DNA from: Iphione sp. A-MEVVRFRX5
Lineage: Eukaryota
Direction: 5' to 3'
Length of the DNA: 64,000 bases
Assembly: GCA_976226885.1 (NCBI GenBank)
Contig: OZ320314.1
Location: forward strand, 57,846,001 to 57,910,000
Positions within the stretch are counted from its first letter, which is position 1, and every line of letters begins with the position of its first letter. Positions 1 through 15,779 of this stretch are shown piece after piece. Position numbers and translations under genes: made by a program. The notes beneath the pieces are model-generated. The model ran no database searches. It saw nothing but the letters and a program-made list of their open reading frames with translations, and was not told the origin of the DNA.

Positions 1-86
1 TAGGGATAGAAAAAAAATGGTTCCACCCTTGTAGTATCAGGGGTATCATCCGAAACCCCCCAGACAATCTCCTGGCTACGGGCGTG
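1..86. mobile_element. Possible right end of a small hAT-like MITE
   Basis: Ends in CTCCTGGCTACGGGCGTG (reverse complement CACGCCCGTAGCCAGGAG), resembling CAGGCCCGTAGCCAGG-type TIRs. The partner TIR would lie outside the window. Confidence 0.3.
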
Positions 87-3000
87 CATTATCCATACTT
101 TATCCAAATCCGAATTTTCCGAAATCCGAACGATTTTCACAGAAACGGCGATCGTTCGGTTTTGGAATTCTCTCTGTATAAACTATGACAATTAAATATT
201 TTATCCCTATTTCATTTATCAATTAATTAACAAAAGAGCAATATTCAAAGAGTAAATCTAATAAAGAATGGGTGATAATAGGGGAGTTTGCACATATACA
301 CAAAATAAGGACAATTTAGATGTAAGCACTTGATCTAAAGACAGTTGAGGGGACGAGAGGAAGTGAGAGACGCGCGCTACAAATTGTAAAGTAGCACTAG
401 GTGCGTACATTCGGTGAATCTAAACTAGTTTAGAAATTCTTGCATTAGAAACACCTGCTGTTTGGTACACAATATTTTAGTTAATTTCAAGGCATAAAGA
501 AAATATAATATCAACGACAAGACAGGAGCCCATATGATTGATTTCAGAGAACATCTTTTCCCAAACTACTTATACCATGCCGGTCATGTAAAAATCTGTC
601 AATGAGATGCAGCATTGCAAATGACTGTCGGGAACCATTTTGGGTTAGACTAGTGTGGTATGAGCCAATAAAGTCACATGTCGAGCGAGCCTTGACGAGT
701 CATTCGACAAACACTTCAAGATGGGACCGAGGATGAAATATCGACAAGCTACCGGGCCCCAATACACGGCCTTGAACGGTCCCTGGCTTGGCGGTCCGGA
801 AGTGGAGAGCGGCCGGCGAACTGCAAAGCAAACACGACGGTCTCATCAAATCATCCTTACATGATGAACTGTGGACCCAGTCCCTTTCCCTGTGGTCATA
901 TAGGGGCGGACAAATCTACTAGATGTGACCATATAGACGGATGCCAAAATGGAGTGTTCCCAAATTCGAATCAATTTCTGCAAAAAGGACGTGGAGAATA
1001 TAATGAAGGACAAGACAATTTCAGCTTTTCATTCATCCTCAAAACGAATGCCACAGACTGTTCATTTGAGACATTCAAGACTAGAGAAGGAAAATATGCA
1101 GTTTTGATGTACAATGGCCGATGATTGTCTGTGGACACACACAAGTGCAACAATGAACGCTGATAATTATATTTCACACATATAACTTGAATTTACAGAG
1201 TGAAAATATATGTCACAAACCAATAGCAATGGGACAGCGAATCGACAGAGAAGTAAAAAACAGTCAAAAAAAAGATATTATGTATTGATTTGAGCGCAAC
1301 TACATACGTGGAATGTTAAGTCTTACGCCACCAAATGCAGACATCTCCCTGAAGAACAATCTATTTCCCTCACTGCTTATTTGGAAGCACCAACCTGCGG
1401 CCGCAGATGAAGCTGTGATCAAGTAGTCTGAGGAGGATTGATTTATCTCAGTTATGATTCTATCGGGAAATGAATGGCTACCCGTTCTCCGCCCAAGATT
1501 AAAACTGGGGGATTTGTCAGTAGGCATGCGGCGCCAGCATGACAAGTGTGACGGCAGAAAGTTATCTTTTATTACTGCCTTTGATGTGTTGTGGGATTTG
1601 ACGTGGCGGTAAATCAAGAATGAAATCTCCAGCTAGGCGCAGGCAAATGAAGACGGAGACAATTGACTGGCCCTGAAATTAGTAGAACAAACGTATTTAA
1701 CATGCACTCTTATGTCTTTCTATAGATATCCTACCATATGGAACCGCAGAAGGAAATACGCAGTCATCGTAGTTTTGTACCCAAACAACTGGGCAACTTT
1801 CGTTTCTGTAAATATGCATGAAAGGAAAAGGACATAAGAATTATGTTTATAAAATCTATGATAAATGTATTGTACGGAACAATATACACCGAAACAATAT
1901 CAATGACTATGTTTGTTTGCCTCGTGTCCCTTCCAGGCAGATACTATTTCTCTATAAAAAAAAAAAAAAATGTCCCCGGCATACAGAATTACATGTACAT
2001 TAAAAATGCACACAAATGGCAATGGATCCATTTTTCGCCGATAATCTAGAAGTATATGGTTGACTGTGGATCATAATATGCTGATTTTGTCGCATGATCA
2101 AGAATGGGATGTATGAAATACACAGGTGCTCAAATCAACAGATGTACATATATGTGCACAACCATACTTATTTGGCGATAAAGCCTAAACAAAAACTGTC
2201 TGTGTTTCTAGTTACCCAACCAACCCTACGTTAGAGCCAATTGTGACTTTTTGTTTTTTCTTGTATTTAATAACTTCAGAAAGAATAATGATATTCACAT
2301 CATTTTCTTCCTGATGTTACTAGCTTTCATTTGATATAAGTTTCTTTACAATTGAACCAGTAGAAGTGATATAACCATACACATTTCTTCCTGCCAGTAT
2401 GAATTTATGTCAATAAAAGTTATGAACACAGCAACACAACACCGGAGGTATGATTTGAAGTTAGGTTTAATGAAAATCCCCAACATTTCGCCGTATATCA
2501 GCCTTCTTAAGTATGAATTCATATTGATAAAAAAAATTAAATGGCACCTATCAACTGATTCTATATATTTTCCGCGTGTTACTGGAAACACAGATTTTTT
2601 AGGCCTATGAAACATGATTCGTGCTCCTTTTGGATAGAAATTATAGGTGTATTTCCGGTGTATTTTGCAAATATTCATAGAGGAGTTTTTTGCGAGTTCT
2701 CTTATGTCCGACACCATTAGTGCCATGAAAGGTACCTTTTGAACCGTGTTGAACCGCATCACTTCTCAGCTAAATTATACTGCCTTGGTCCCGGTGGCAT
2801 GACAGTGGAAATCTCAGGCAGGGGAACGAGAGAAGTGTAAATACGTCAGAAACAAGTGATAACACGACAGCTTTAGTGTAGAGCATGTTCATAAACATCG
2901 CCCCTGTGTGATGAACCGCCCGGCCGTCTGTCCCTGATGGCCTTCAGGGATAGGGATGAAAACGCATGAGCGACCTGCAATTGTTGTCTATCTTTATGGT

Positions 3001-6000
3001 CTGGCATCATGCCCTTCACGGGAGCCGTGCTGCTATCGTCCCGGGCCGACCTGGAGGGCCACACTCGCCTTTTAAGTGCACTTGCCATCGCTGTGCACAC
3101 CACGGAGATTGCGAAACTCTACTCGGGATATTTTCTTCACGTTATCTTCTGTGATGTGTACATTTATTGCTATACCCTGAGACAACGCGCAAAATAATTA
3201 TAGTGTCCCAGTAATGGTAGTCTTAGATAATTTAGTACATAATACCGCAAAGGAATTGGTTCTGAGAATACAAAAACTTTCAGATTTCCACAGACCGACA
3301 GAGCCCCAAAATATGTTGGTTTTCTATGCCCCTTGGTTTGCTTCCTGTGATTAGTATAACGCCTGTTAAATGTATAATGGATTGGATAAGAATACTTATC
3401 AGATGTCATGGGTTCGATGCATATTTATAGCAAACCATTTCTATTATGTGGTCGTTTGAGGTACAGCTCTAACGTCTCCCTAAGTATATCTACTGGATAG
3501 TAAATTAGGCGCATACGCTTTAATTTCTTCTGCTGAAGAAATCATCATGGAAGTCATGCTAGTTGCCGTGTCCTTTGAGACTTCAGTCCCTAGAGGGAAC
3601 AATACTACTAAAATCACTTTGTTCTTCAGGCAACTTAATGGATATTAAACATTTAGCATTTAAGTCCCTGATGGAAGTCGGCTGTTTGCTCAGGTTCTCC
3701 TGGATCACCTTCATCAAGTTCCCAATCTAAGTGCGTTTCTAGGCTTACTTGTCAATTAATATTACACATGTCCCTTGCTGTTTGCAAAAGCAGATAGCAT
3801 AGTCAACCTGCCACCAAACGCCTCAGTTTTATGACTTACATTACATCTATGGGATTCCGTAGTAGAAAGGCCTTCTCCAACTCTTTCTATCGATGCACGT
3901 GATCTTTTGTGTTTAGTTTCAACGTTTGTCGGACTTTTTCTCAAATACATCGGAAGTACATGTAATTCCATGTCAGTTTCTGAATTACGTAACTTATTGT
4001 GCACTGCTGCAACAGGGACAGATTATATTTGTCAGTTTGTATCCTACCCCCTGTCCGCATCTCTCATTCAAGCCCCAAGTATTGTGACTACTGAAATAGC
4101 GAACAGTCATGAACAGTCTCCTTAATAAAGGACTCATCTTGATTTGCTTCTGAGAGAAATGACTAGCAGCCATAACAGAGGGGTGGAATTGGGTCATTGT
4201 TATCAGGTCATACCTCAGACAACCTTTTCATGTAGAACTTAGTGTCGGTTTGGTATGCTGGTTTAAGCAACGGTATGGTGACGCGTACATGTAATTAAAT
4301 TAAATCAGTAAATGTACTGTATTTGTTTCCGTCTATATACTATGGTCAGCTCTGTCAGTGTCGGTCCGCCAGTGTAAAACGTAGGTTAGAGAGGATGGTC
4401 CTTTCGTAAATGTCGTCCTTTCGTAAATATAACTTAATAAGGGCACTATACTATACATGTACACTATGTACTTGGTTTAATTCAAGACACGTCTTCATAG
4501 GCATAGGGAGGTCAAAGAGACAAGTGTATTATGTATATATAAGTGTTAAAGGTTTTGGTGATTAAAGATGCATACGCAGTATTGTACGAGTTGCATGAAG
4601 TATAGTTTTGTGTTCAACATGAATCGAAGTTATTTGTATTTGTATGGAGTAATATTTACAATAAAATGTGTGCACATTTTGATACACGCAGTACTCCTAT
4701 ATGATGCAATCTGAGTAAACCTGCATGCAAGTTACAGACTTAGCATTTTCAACACTCTGTAAACTTCTGTCAAGCTCTGCAGTAAAAGCAAGAACCGAAC
4801 CTACCAAGTGAGCGTTCTGACTAATACGTTGTTAAAATGCATATGATGCTCATTTATGATGCATACCGCACTGATACATAGATCTGTTTTGAATATCATT
4901 ACAGTATCAATGAGTAGCCATTGTATATGCATATATGTATGAAATAGTATATGGGTGATATCAATCAACCAACACGCCATATGATATGCCTTTTCCATCA
5001 TTAACCTCTACTGGTATTCCGCTGATATGCGGTTTTACCTGCCTGTAAATGGTGCCATTATGATAAAGCTTGAAATGGCTAATTAATTGAAAACGCTCAG
5101 ATGGAGTGACGATCGTGATATGTTACGTAAACTATGGAAGCGCATAATTCATGTATCTCTGGATGGCACTTGCTTAGAATATGCCGTAAGAACGAATGTA
5201 GTGATTTTTTAATACCGCTATTTCCTCCCTTATAGCACCATCTTCAGGATTAGAGGGAAGATTTACATTCGATATACTATATGAAAACGACCTTGTATTT
5301 TAATCACCCCGGGGCCATCATAATATCAACACGTTACGTTTGTTGATGTATTCCATATTTATGCTTATCAATGATGCAATATTAGACAGCTAGAAAGTGG
5401 CACAACGTATACCGGACAGTTATTGTAAATAACGCTAACATGGTGGCTTCCTCCTATAGGATGTTTTATATTTATCATGGTGATGTATTGTCAGACATAG
5501 GACTGTCCGTAAGGAATCTAGATACAAGTGCACCTGGAGCAAAACTTTTTCCACAAAAAGACGCCGGAACTTGCACAGAGATCTCATTTCAGAAATCCCA
5601 TTTGGTACTTACTAGGCGTTGCTAAATTCAGACTGATGGCCACATTATCTTGGGCATCATTTCTCTGACTTGGCTTCCTCTATGGCTGCCTGAGTCAGTC
5701 GGATGCCCAGGACCGACCTATTTGGGGTCTGATGCGTAATTATTGCGAGTGCATGTTGCTGTCCGCGACAGGGCCCGACTGGGGGTCAAGTGACCATTTA
5801 GTGGCCGAGGTCACCGAGGGAGGGCCGTGTTTCTGAGATTCCTCTCCATCCCAAGCTGATTAGGTAGGGCTGATCTTTATGGAACAAGTCGGCGCGGTTG
5901 CTTTGAGTTAATCCTGCGGTATCAAAGCACTCCAACGTCGGACGTTGTAAGCACAAAGGAGGCATTGGACGTTGTTGTAAAGCTGCCTTTTCATGTTTTG

Positions 6001-8048
6001 CATTCTCAAAGCAATAGGGGGGATTACCGTAATGCAAATGAAGCCATAAGTTCACATTAGTGGTAATCCATGGATAAGATCAATGGGCTCGTACAGCAAG
6101 ATCACCACAAAATTAAACGTTTAATTAGAGTTGATCATGTTGTACCAGTAACCCAACTAAGAGACCGTATAGCTTCACTTGAAACCGAACATGATTTTAT
6201 TTATTATGTAGCAAATTAGAAATAAGGATGTACGTTGTTTACTGATGTGGAGAATGCAAGATGGGCATATGCTTCTGTCCCAGCAGATGTAATTTTGTGT
6301 GTCCACTATGTTTGCCTTGCTCATTCTTTACTCTCAGGGATACCACACCTCTCCAGTGAGCCTGTGACATGTAAATTCCTGCGCCTTCCAAAGTGGATGC
6401 TTCCCTCCTTGGTTGCCTCTCTGGTGTATCGGATCAATGCTCCACGGTCAGCGGGGGAAATCAAACTGCGCTTAATAATGCATGGAAAAAGTCATCGGTG
6501 GGACAGAGGGTCTCTGATTCGCACTGACCGATGGGAGTTGGTGGTGTAGGGAGATAGACGGGCCCGCGAGAAGGTAGCAGATGCTAGTGCGACTGTCACG
6601 AATTCTGCCGCTGCCGGGAGCCGCGTGGATCTGCCCCTGACACTGCCTATCGGCTGGAATGCCTACCAGAGTCCCCACAGGGCAAGTTTGATACACCCCA
6701 AGGCCTCGCCCAATCGACACCCTACCCACCGCGCTTAACTGATGACTCCATCTTCAAATTAATCGTGCTACACACGTCATGGCAACAATCGCCATGCAGC
6801 AGAGCTGCTGTCTTTATGAAAAGAGAAAATACATTGTAGGGTCATTTTACACGTATATTTGTATACGTACCTTATGTATACATATATTGCACACGTATTC
6901 GACCTACGATTTGAAAAAAAATGTATTAAGAGCATTTGGTTGGCTTTCAATGAGGAAATGTGTGTAGCATGTAAAACCCTAGATCCCTATTTAGAAATCG
7001 GTGCACTTTTACTCACTTGACACCTTTCTGGTGGACCAGCCCATAAAACGTTGACGGATGTGCAACTATAGAAGGGAATACAAAACCGTTTACTCTGTGT
7101 TGTTGAGACACGAAACATTTCACCATCACAAAGTGTTCCGTGTTTACCATTAAAGGTAGAACTCTGTGACCATAAGGGACATTTCCATTGAAAATGACTT
7201 GCATGGAAATATCTTCATTAGCAACAATTGTTTGCATATAACTTACACGTACTATTGTAAACTACATACGGTTCATCTAAATGACGTCATGTTCAAAGCC
7301 CGAATACTTCTATAAAATAATGCATTCAAACAAAAGAGTGATTCAGAGGGGAAATGTGAAGTTTACTAAATTCTGTATGCCGGTCAGTCATTTAGAAACA
7401 GATAAAACGTCGACTTCTGGGGCACAAATCTTCATCATGCATCATTGACGATAACGGGGCAGGGAGTGAGTGACTCACGGATAATACCCGACAACAAACT
7501 CCACTTTTACGTCCTTCCATCAGCGTTAGGGGCCCAAGTGAGTATTAAAATGGCTGCCAGCGGCAGGCCATTGTGCTCCCCTGCCCCGCTAGAGTCCCTC
7601 CTTATCCCTTAAATCATGAACCTTCCCTGTCTGGATGAGGCGCTTCCAGTGTTACTCCAGTGTCCCTCCAGCATCGCTCTAGTGGCACCTGGTGTGAATT
7701 TATCAGACAATTAATTGTTTTATGCTGTATCCTTCCCGACGCACCAGTGTACTTGTCCAATATCTGTCTCGGGGTGATGACCTGTCAGTGGAAGTCGCCA
7801 TCCCGCCGTTAAATGTTACTTAACTGCGTTTATATACTGCCCGATATAGGATGTGGCGGTGGTGGGGGACGTGCTATAGGAACAGGGAGGATTCGACTGG
7901 GAAGGCATTGAGTGAGACAAGTACGCACTCGTGGGATTGAAAATCTGGAGATACGGCGGACAATATGGATGAAACCAATGTCCCCGGTAGCCGAGTGCGT
8001 CCCCTGGGATGTGTCCCAGTTCTGAGTTGCCCGGTGTGTGGCTGCATG

Positions 8049-8085
8049 GTGTGTGCATGTGCGTGTGTGCGTGTGTGTGTGTGTG
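8049..8085. repeat. Imperfect (GT/GC)n microsatellite
   Basis: GTGTGTGCATGTGCGTGTGTGCGTGTGTGTGTGTGTG. Confidence 0.85.
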
Positions 8086-11000
8086 CCTGCGAAAGGATAA
8101 AGGATTGGGATGGGATGGCCGCTCCTGTGATGGAATGTCTGTCCATCACCCTTCATGCTCGTGACACACCCCCATTTTGGTAAGGAGTGCCCATTTTGTT
8201 CTATGTGTCATGGTTTAGCGATGACTAAAACAGTGGAATGCACCAGAGCCACTACTAGCAACTCTTTTTTCGAATGATTCGTTAATGGGATCATCTGTAT
8301 ACTTGGACTATTTTCGAGGTTCATGAAAAAAGTCAAATACGAACAATAAACAAAGTATTAGACCTTTACGATGGACTGAATATTGAGGTACCTTTGTACG
8401 GTTATTCTATTCATGACTATTTCTTGTTTCGGGCATGCTCGTAGCAGTATTAATACTGCCTATAAAATTACCATTTTTAGACGTTTTATATTATTTTCCA
8501 AGTATCACGTTAACGAACAGGTGTCCACATGGTTCCTGATAATACATGTATATATTATTACATTATGTTTTACTAATTCTAGGACGAGTGAGACAACTTT
8601 ACCATATTGTCCGTGCCTTGCCTTCGACACGATGAATAAAAACTAATTGAGTAAGCTCTTTCTTGCAGTGTCATATCATAGGCGCTCTCGTGATTATTAT
8701 GAACCTGCGTTCTTCCTCAATTAACCATCAAGGTCATTATATCCTCGATTAAGGTCAATGTTTTGAAGGTGACATGTGGATTACCGGTTAATTATAACAT
8801 CATGTAACAACTTGCAAATTCCTTCTGAGAGACCCTGTCATTTCTTATGGTTCGTGTCGAAGACGGTGGTTATGTCAGGAAAAACCCGACGAGCACATGC
8901 CGGAATCTCCTTTCGTTGGCATGCGCACACATGATATGAGAATGTCAAAGGTTGTCTGAAGGTCACATCAAGGTTACCCTAACCCTAAAACGGAATTGTG
9001 ACGAAATCCCATTTGGAGCTTAATTATTCTAATGATTGTTCATTTAGTTTAAAACAAACAACCCATTTAATCTGCATACTTTAGTCATGCTTGCGTGCCC
9101 CATGTATGGAGCGGCCAATACAGCAGCCAATTAGGGGAGGTAAATGCTGTGATGCAGCGATAGCAGTTGTCAGCTCATACATTATGAAAGCATGTACGCC
9201 AATCCGATGGGAAGACATGGTAAGCATTATGGACGCCAAATTAGGGACGTACAAAATAGCTGCCCCGGGTCTGCCCCAGCATTCCAAACAACCCATTAAT
9301 TAAAGCTCTACCTCATCTGTAACAGCTCAACAAAGTCCAAAATAAATTACACGGAACAGGACAATAGAGGAGAAATACTGCTTGAAGGGACTGACGCTGC
9401 CCGAAGTGTGCTAGTTCAGGGCTCAAGGAAAGAGAGCATTGTGAGCCGTTTATAACGTCCGGTATGACAGACGCCAGGAATGCCTGCTAAATCACTTGTT
9501 ATTAAGTAGTGGGTTGAGCGGTCGCATGCCTCGCGCCTACACTATACATCAGGTGGTAGGACCGTTAATGATATAGGCCCTGGAGATGTATGGCATGGAA
9601 TGAAGCGGAGGGTAAATGGCATTACTGATCGGCCTCCGCTCGTTGAGTCAACTATTCATTTGGTAAGGTTGTCAGGCAATATGTAAATATATATTCTCAT
9701 GTGTATAATGTACATGTATATCATCTAAGTTATAATTACCCACAGAACATGAACCAACCAGCCACCCAAGATACGACGACCAGAATATTGAATTATTAAA
9801 TCGATCACGAGGTTCGTAACAAAAACCCCGGCTGTACTGATTTCCGCAAAGCACTCTGTTCTCCTATTTTTTCATACCAATACCTTCTACAATATGATAT
9901 TTGCTTTCGTTTTTTTCATATAACAACATCATAGCACGGCAGCTAAAACGCTGTAAAGCTAGTTAAAAAGAAAAATGAACTACATCCCACTGCCGATATG
10001 TCAGTGCCCGACACCTCTGTGCTAGGAGATCAGGTTGATATGTAGTTCCATAGGTCGCGAAGGGACCCCCCACTCCCTCCCCACAATACCATATAACTAC
10101 CACCCAACGCTAACCCACCCTCCTCCACATCGCGGCATTGTTCTGTGTTGTACTGAGTCGAGGGTTGAGGGTCATTGATCAGTGGGGCTCCTGGGCCTTG
10201 ATGGCCTGTCCTCCGGTGCGATGTATCATACTTCCTGTTCGATAGGGCTGACCTCCCTTTTTACTTTTACTTAAAGGGGCGAGCTGGTTGTTGAAACCGG
10301 AAGTAACCAGAAATGGACCAAACTAAAGATGCACTGTGAATTAATTTAATTCATGTTCCAAAGTGCATCACTCAGATGAGTATCACCCTTTCCTATATTT
10401 TTTCAAAGGTATTCGACGGACGTATAGGCCTAAGTGGAAATGACTCAAATGGAATCTGCCTGATGATGGAATTATTGCTTGAAGCGAATGACAAAAAGTT
10501 GGTTTGTTATACTTCAAAACTGTCACATATTTTTTTTCATATTCTCTTTCTCTTACCATCTGTCCATTGACAAGGTTATTTTCATCAGTTGGGTAGAGGG
10601 TTCCTTCCCAAGGCCGAATGGATGGTGGCTCCCCAATAAGGGCTCTATTTCAGACATGATGTTTCAAGGGAGTACGTTTTGAACTGTAATCTAAAATAAC
10701 CACTCAAGTATAAAGCAACAACTAAATTATCATTATCATTATTTTTCTTTCTTATTGTCATGGAGAGTTTTCTTTTCCTTAATTCATTATCGCCATGTCC
10801 ATTTCTTTTCATGGCTTCCCTTACACATCGGCCCTGGAGCAAATGCAACTAGCATTTTCGGTTATCGTTTAGTGCTAGGAAACACTTTTAATCTGTGCAC
10901 ACTCCATCAGGGATATTCCTCCTCTGATAGTATTTTTTCTCGTTTTGTTGGATACCAGTGTGATGAATCGGTTACAACAAAGTAATCCACCTGTCCTGTC

Positions 11001-13439
11001 TGAAGGATACGTTTCCTACGGCAACATACATCTCACTTTAGCATCATACATCAGGACAACTATGTATGATTAAAAGACGATGTCCAAGTCTGCCTATGGT
11101 GGCTATCAATCTAGCCATCCGCTCTGCAGTATTTTTCCTTGGACGCCCAAACTCACATTCTTAATTTACTCCTAAGAACGCCTGCGATAATAACACATAA
11201 GGAAAAGCAAAAGAATGTCAATATATGCATGTTTTGTTGATGAAATAGATATACATTTAAAGCCTAATTCTAACATACATGTTCAAAATTTTTACGAACA
11301 TACATGGTTATCCACATTCCTTACCCTGAAGTAAAGTATGTGAGGACTGTGGAAATTACTATAGATTCTATGATGTGAAGCACCATTGCTCGTGAACATG
11401 TTTACACCTATACTAGATTTGGGCAGAACCCACCCATCCACCCCATTAATGGGTGCACCTGCCTCGGGGAAAGAAGCGTGAAGGACGATATTTTCCTGGC
11501 AGCCAACGTGGATTTTAAGAGGAGGAGTCTTCTCTATCCGTTGGCTAGGCCACCTTAATTCCTCCTGGAGCCGTCCTGGAGAGCAACCCCAGGAGAAGCA
11601 GCAGGAGGAGGAGGAGGGCTTTGCGTGACTGGCAGCCGAGGCCAGCGGCCGGGAGACCTAATCAGCGGCGGCGAGCTGACGGGCGCGGCTGCCGAGCCAG
11701 TCGGTCCATAATGTGCTGACATTTACTCACGTTAACGAGCAGCTCGGGCTGCCAAATGAACCTCCGCTACATGCGATCCATCCGTCCGCATCTACCTCCT
11801 AACTCCCCAACCTGTTCCTGCTCGACCTGCCCGTCTTCCCTTCCCTCTCATGCTCGACACTCACCATAGAAATAGAAATAACCAGACAAATAGATTCTAA
11901 GGCAAGTAGTCAGCCGGGCAGACGGATGTGATACATAAACATCAATATTCACAAGGCATCGCGTTTCAATTATTTCAGGTTGATATTTAATCATTATTGC
12001 ACACCTTTGGGGCAATTCACACTAGGGAGTTATTAATTCAGTGAGGTAGAACCCTGGCATAACCATTATTCATACTTGTTGTTTTTTTGCAGATTGTGAC
12101 ATACTTGCTGATACTTTCTTTACTTCTTCTGTGATAGAAATATTAAACAAAGATCTAGAGTTAAATCTTTTTTATACCACGAGGACATGTGCAAAACGTG
12201 TATTCAACAATTATTGTGATGCAAGTTTATTACACGTATAGTGACGTCCTCAAAATACATACATATTTTACTCGGGCAGGAGAACCACTACGTCGTAGAA
12301 ACTATAACAAGGAAGTAAAAGAATGTTTTTCAATTAACAACTTTTGCCGCTCGTTTGATTTTCTAGCTATGCTTTTTTCATCTTATTGCCAATCGTTTTC
12401 TACTTTGGTCTTAGCAGCTTCCCTGGCGCGACAGTGACTACCAAAACAAATTCGGGAAGTGCCATGTGTCAGCAAGTAATCTTATTTCATTTCAATATGA
12501 CAGAAGATTTCTCAAACAATCTGATGCCAATCAAGAAGAAGCTTGACATCGCATGCACATCCCTGTCGGACGATATGATCATGTCAGCCAATATGGAGCG
12601 GCTGCTTTCCTAGGGTGACCCCTGCCGTGCCTTCCAGCCACTGTGGGACTTGGGAGAGACCCTGAGGATCTTGCTGAATTATGACACTATCACTTGAGGA
12701 TCAACTCTCGCCGTGGGAGGAAAGGACTATTTGATCGTTGAGTCACCACGAGTAAGAAGAGGTCTGAATCAGGATTTTTCCTGGTCGTGTGCCTTTTCAA
12801 TCGGTGGCTTCTTGAAGCCACCATTGTAATTGGGCTTTCGCCTGCGCCACTTGTACAGCTGGGACCGGCTGGCCCCTGGACGCAAGCTCACCGAAGACCC
12901 TTCCTTTGTTTGGAATTGTGAAATTACAAAAAGGAGAAGCAGTGAATTTCTACAAAACTCTGCGGCATTGGAATCAAATATAGGTGTCGGAAGAATTAGT
13001 TCTGAATGTTTGTCTTCGTATAAATCAACATTTGGCTTTTAAGCACAAAACCCAACGTTTTTAAGAAATCAAATTTGTGTGACTCCCAAAACAACACCTC
13101 AAGCGCGAAAAGATTGAGTCGTTTGTATCATATACATGTACTATCATGCATAAATGTCCGGTCTGAGGGCTGATCCCAAATGAAAGGCAAGCTTGACACT
13201 CATTGCTGCCTCATGACTGAGAGGCCACCAATACATCATAATCCCTAATCATGCCACCGCGATGGGCTAACGTCTAGGAGGTATGAGGGAATTGCCCTGC
13301 GTAGGTATAACACGGGGGGCTGAAGTTCCGTTTACGGCTGGCCTATTCGCAATGATCTTGTTTGTCACGTTGGAGAGAGAACATCAACACGACATGAGTC
13401 AGAATCAAGTGGGCAAGGGGTGCCTCCTTCTCGCTGTCC

Positions 13440-13920
13440 GATCAAGCTTCGTTAGCGAGGCCAACGGCAGCGGCCGCGCCGCCCTGTGGTGGGTGGTAAG
13501 CAGCCAACCGCCCCCCCCCCCCAACCCCGTGCGATCGCGCCCGATAAGGTTCGCATGAATCGCAGTGTTGATTAATTGCGGCCGGTCGGTTCTAGGCGAG
13601 CGGGAGATGGAAAATGGGGAGAGTGGCCGCGCGGCCAAGCTGGCGCAATGGCGGACGGGCGAGTGACCGGGTCCCCGCCCTAATATGCAATCACTTAGGT
13701 CCTGATGGCGGGCAGCGCGCCTTGTGATTACCGCTGCTGTGTTCATCTAGTCGGCCGTGATGAAGCAGCTATCGGGCATTATCACGCTGGCCGTGTGACC
13801 GACCGCCGCCCTAGAGAGGCTTGATGGAGGGCCTCCTCTAACCTGCCAGGTACGTGAGGGCCATTTAAAGTCCCCCGACCGTCGCCACTATGGACTCACC
13901 CCAGCCCCGTCCCCACCCTC
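13440..13920. promoter_or_regulatory. GC/CpG-rich island, candidate regulatory element
   Basis: CpG-dense with GATTAATTG, TAATATGCAAT and GATAAG motifs. No credible ORF. Confidence 0.35.
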
Positions 13921-15779
13921 TGTTGAATTGTGGTGTGCCAAAAGGTTGATCGCTCGGATCAACACTATATTAGACACATCGCCGAGGGCGCCGTACCAAT
14001 CAAGACATACAGCACAGATAGTATGCTTGTGGGATTTCAGATTACATTGTGGACCCAGTCGTTTTAATCAGCCGCCCATTTGTCGAGGGGGGGGGGGCAT
14101 CAAGGGGACTCAGGTCGGCGGAGCGGTGGATGTCATTACAAATAGAATCTAATATAAAATTATCACGCTCCACGAATTGGATATGGAAGCTGGCACTCAG
14201 CACAAAACAGAGCGCCGGCATAAATTTGAATACGGTGACCATTAGATATATTCTATTCCGCCTCATGTTACTAATGGAAATTCCGTTTTCAAAAAAGCGG
14301 AGAAGTCCTACACTTGTGCCTTGGGCTCTTTTTGAGTATAATCTAAAAAGGATCTATGGACCTCGGTACCCTCTTCAACTTATTATCATCAACATTTAAG
14401 AGAATGAAGAGAACGCAGCGGGAACGTGAAATAAACGCACTCCAGAAACAAAAACCTATCCGTCTGATAAGATATTTTACTGCAAATAACAACATGTTGT
14501 GCACAGACTAGATATCCACCGCACGTTTTAAAACCGAGGCAGGAACATATATGGCAAGATATCACAGAATGACTAAGGACAGTTGAATTAGTGACAGGAG
14601 GTTGGTTCAGACCAAGATTGCCATTAACGAAGGGTTTTCGGATTTATTATTGGGCACGATCTATTGCATTCGGTTATAGGAGATTGATTGTGGGAGACAG
14701 TGACGCCCTATCTTTCTGCTTAGTTACCAAGAGGGCCTGTTACCTTTGCCTCCCCTGATACCGCCTGGAACAGGCATTCACCTTCCGAGCATTATGACGA
14801 TGGTCATCACGTTTGGCTGAGTGGCTAGCTTTCCGATGGAATGTCTTATCAGAGAGACAGTGAACGTTCCCTGCCTTTCTCTCTGTCCCTCGGTGTTCGC
14901 CTGTCCGTGCGAATGTGCGTACGTATATATGTGCGGGCATTTATCACACACACGCGCACGTAACCAGTCTGGGTATTTCTCGCTCGGGGCTTGTTCCCTA
15001 TTATTGCATCATATCTATTGCAGATGTCCGCCCTTATAAGAAGTCCCATCGATAAATCCATCTTGCACTAAACTGCTCTTGCTATCCGAGCATCAGTATT
15101 GGGAGAATGTGTAGCTCCTACGGGGGAGCGCGCCAATCCCCAGAGCTGCATACCTAGCTTCCATAATATCTGCAGGAACGGAAATTATGATCCTCCGATC
15201 TGGTGGGGGAGATGGCTGAGGTGGTTACGATAGTAACGTTTAATTCCGCTCTATTTAGAGGGTCACGATTAGCAATAACGTCTCGGGCTGACATTCCAGT
15301 AAAACATCTATGGATTGGTGGTGCCAATGGCTACACACTGTTAAAGACCAAGGCTAATATCCGTTATGTGCCTCTTACCACAAAGCACGCACATTTCTGC
15401 TGCGTTAAGTTTTTGACACGTATCCTGTATTATTGTGCATAGTGAAGTGAAATAGATATTTAATAAGCAAGAAAAAGATCTGTATAGCAGAACTGGTAAT
15501 CAAAGATAATCACTGACAAACTTTGATAAGCATTGCGATGCAGATTCATCTCAGTCGAACATTACGATTGATTATAATCCTAAAATATAAATGGTAATTA
15601 GACAAATATACATGGGATTCCAAATCCTTTTTGGTATATAATGAAGATATGTTGAGGACTAGCTATAATGCTGGAGAATGATTCTCTTGCAGATCACGAA
15701 TGTCCTGATTGGTCTAACCCTTTCCAGTACACCAGAAATAGGGTTTTCAGTACACAGAACTATCACATAAGTTATGATT

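Noticed and set aside
6595-6680. LPIGWNAYQSP resembles the start of a WW domain
   Set aside because: The aromatic YY/F and second W are missing.
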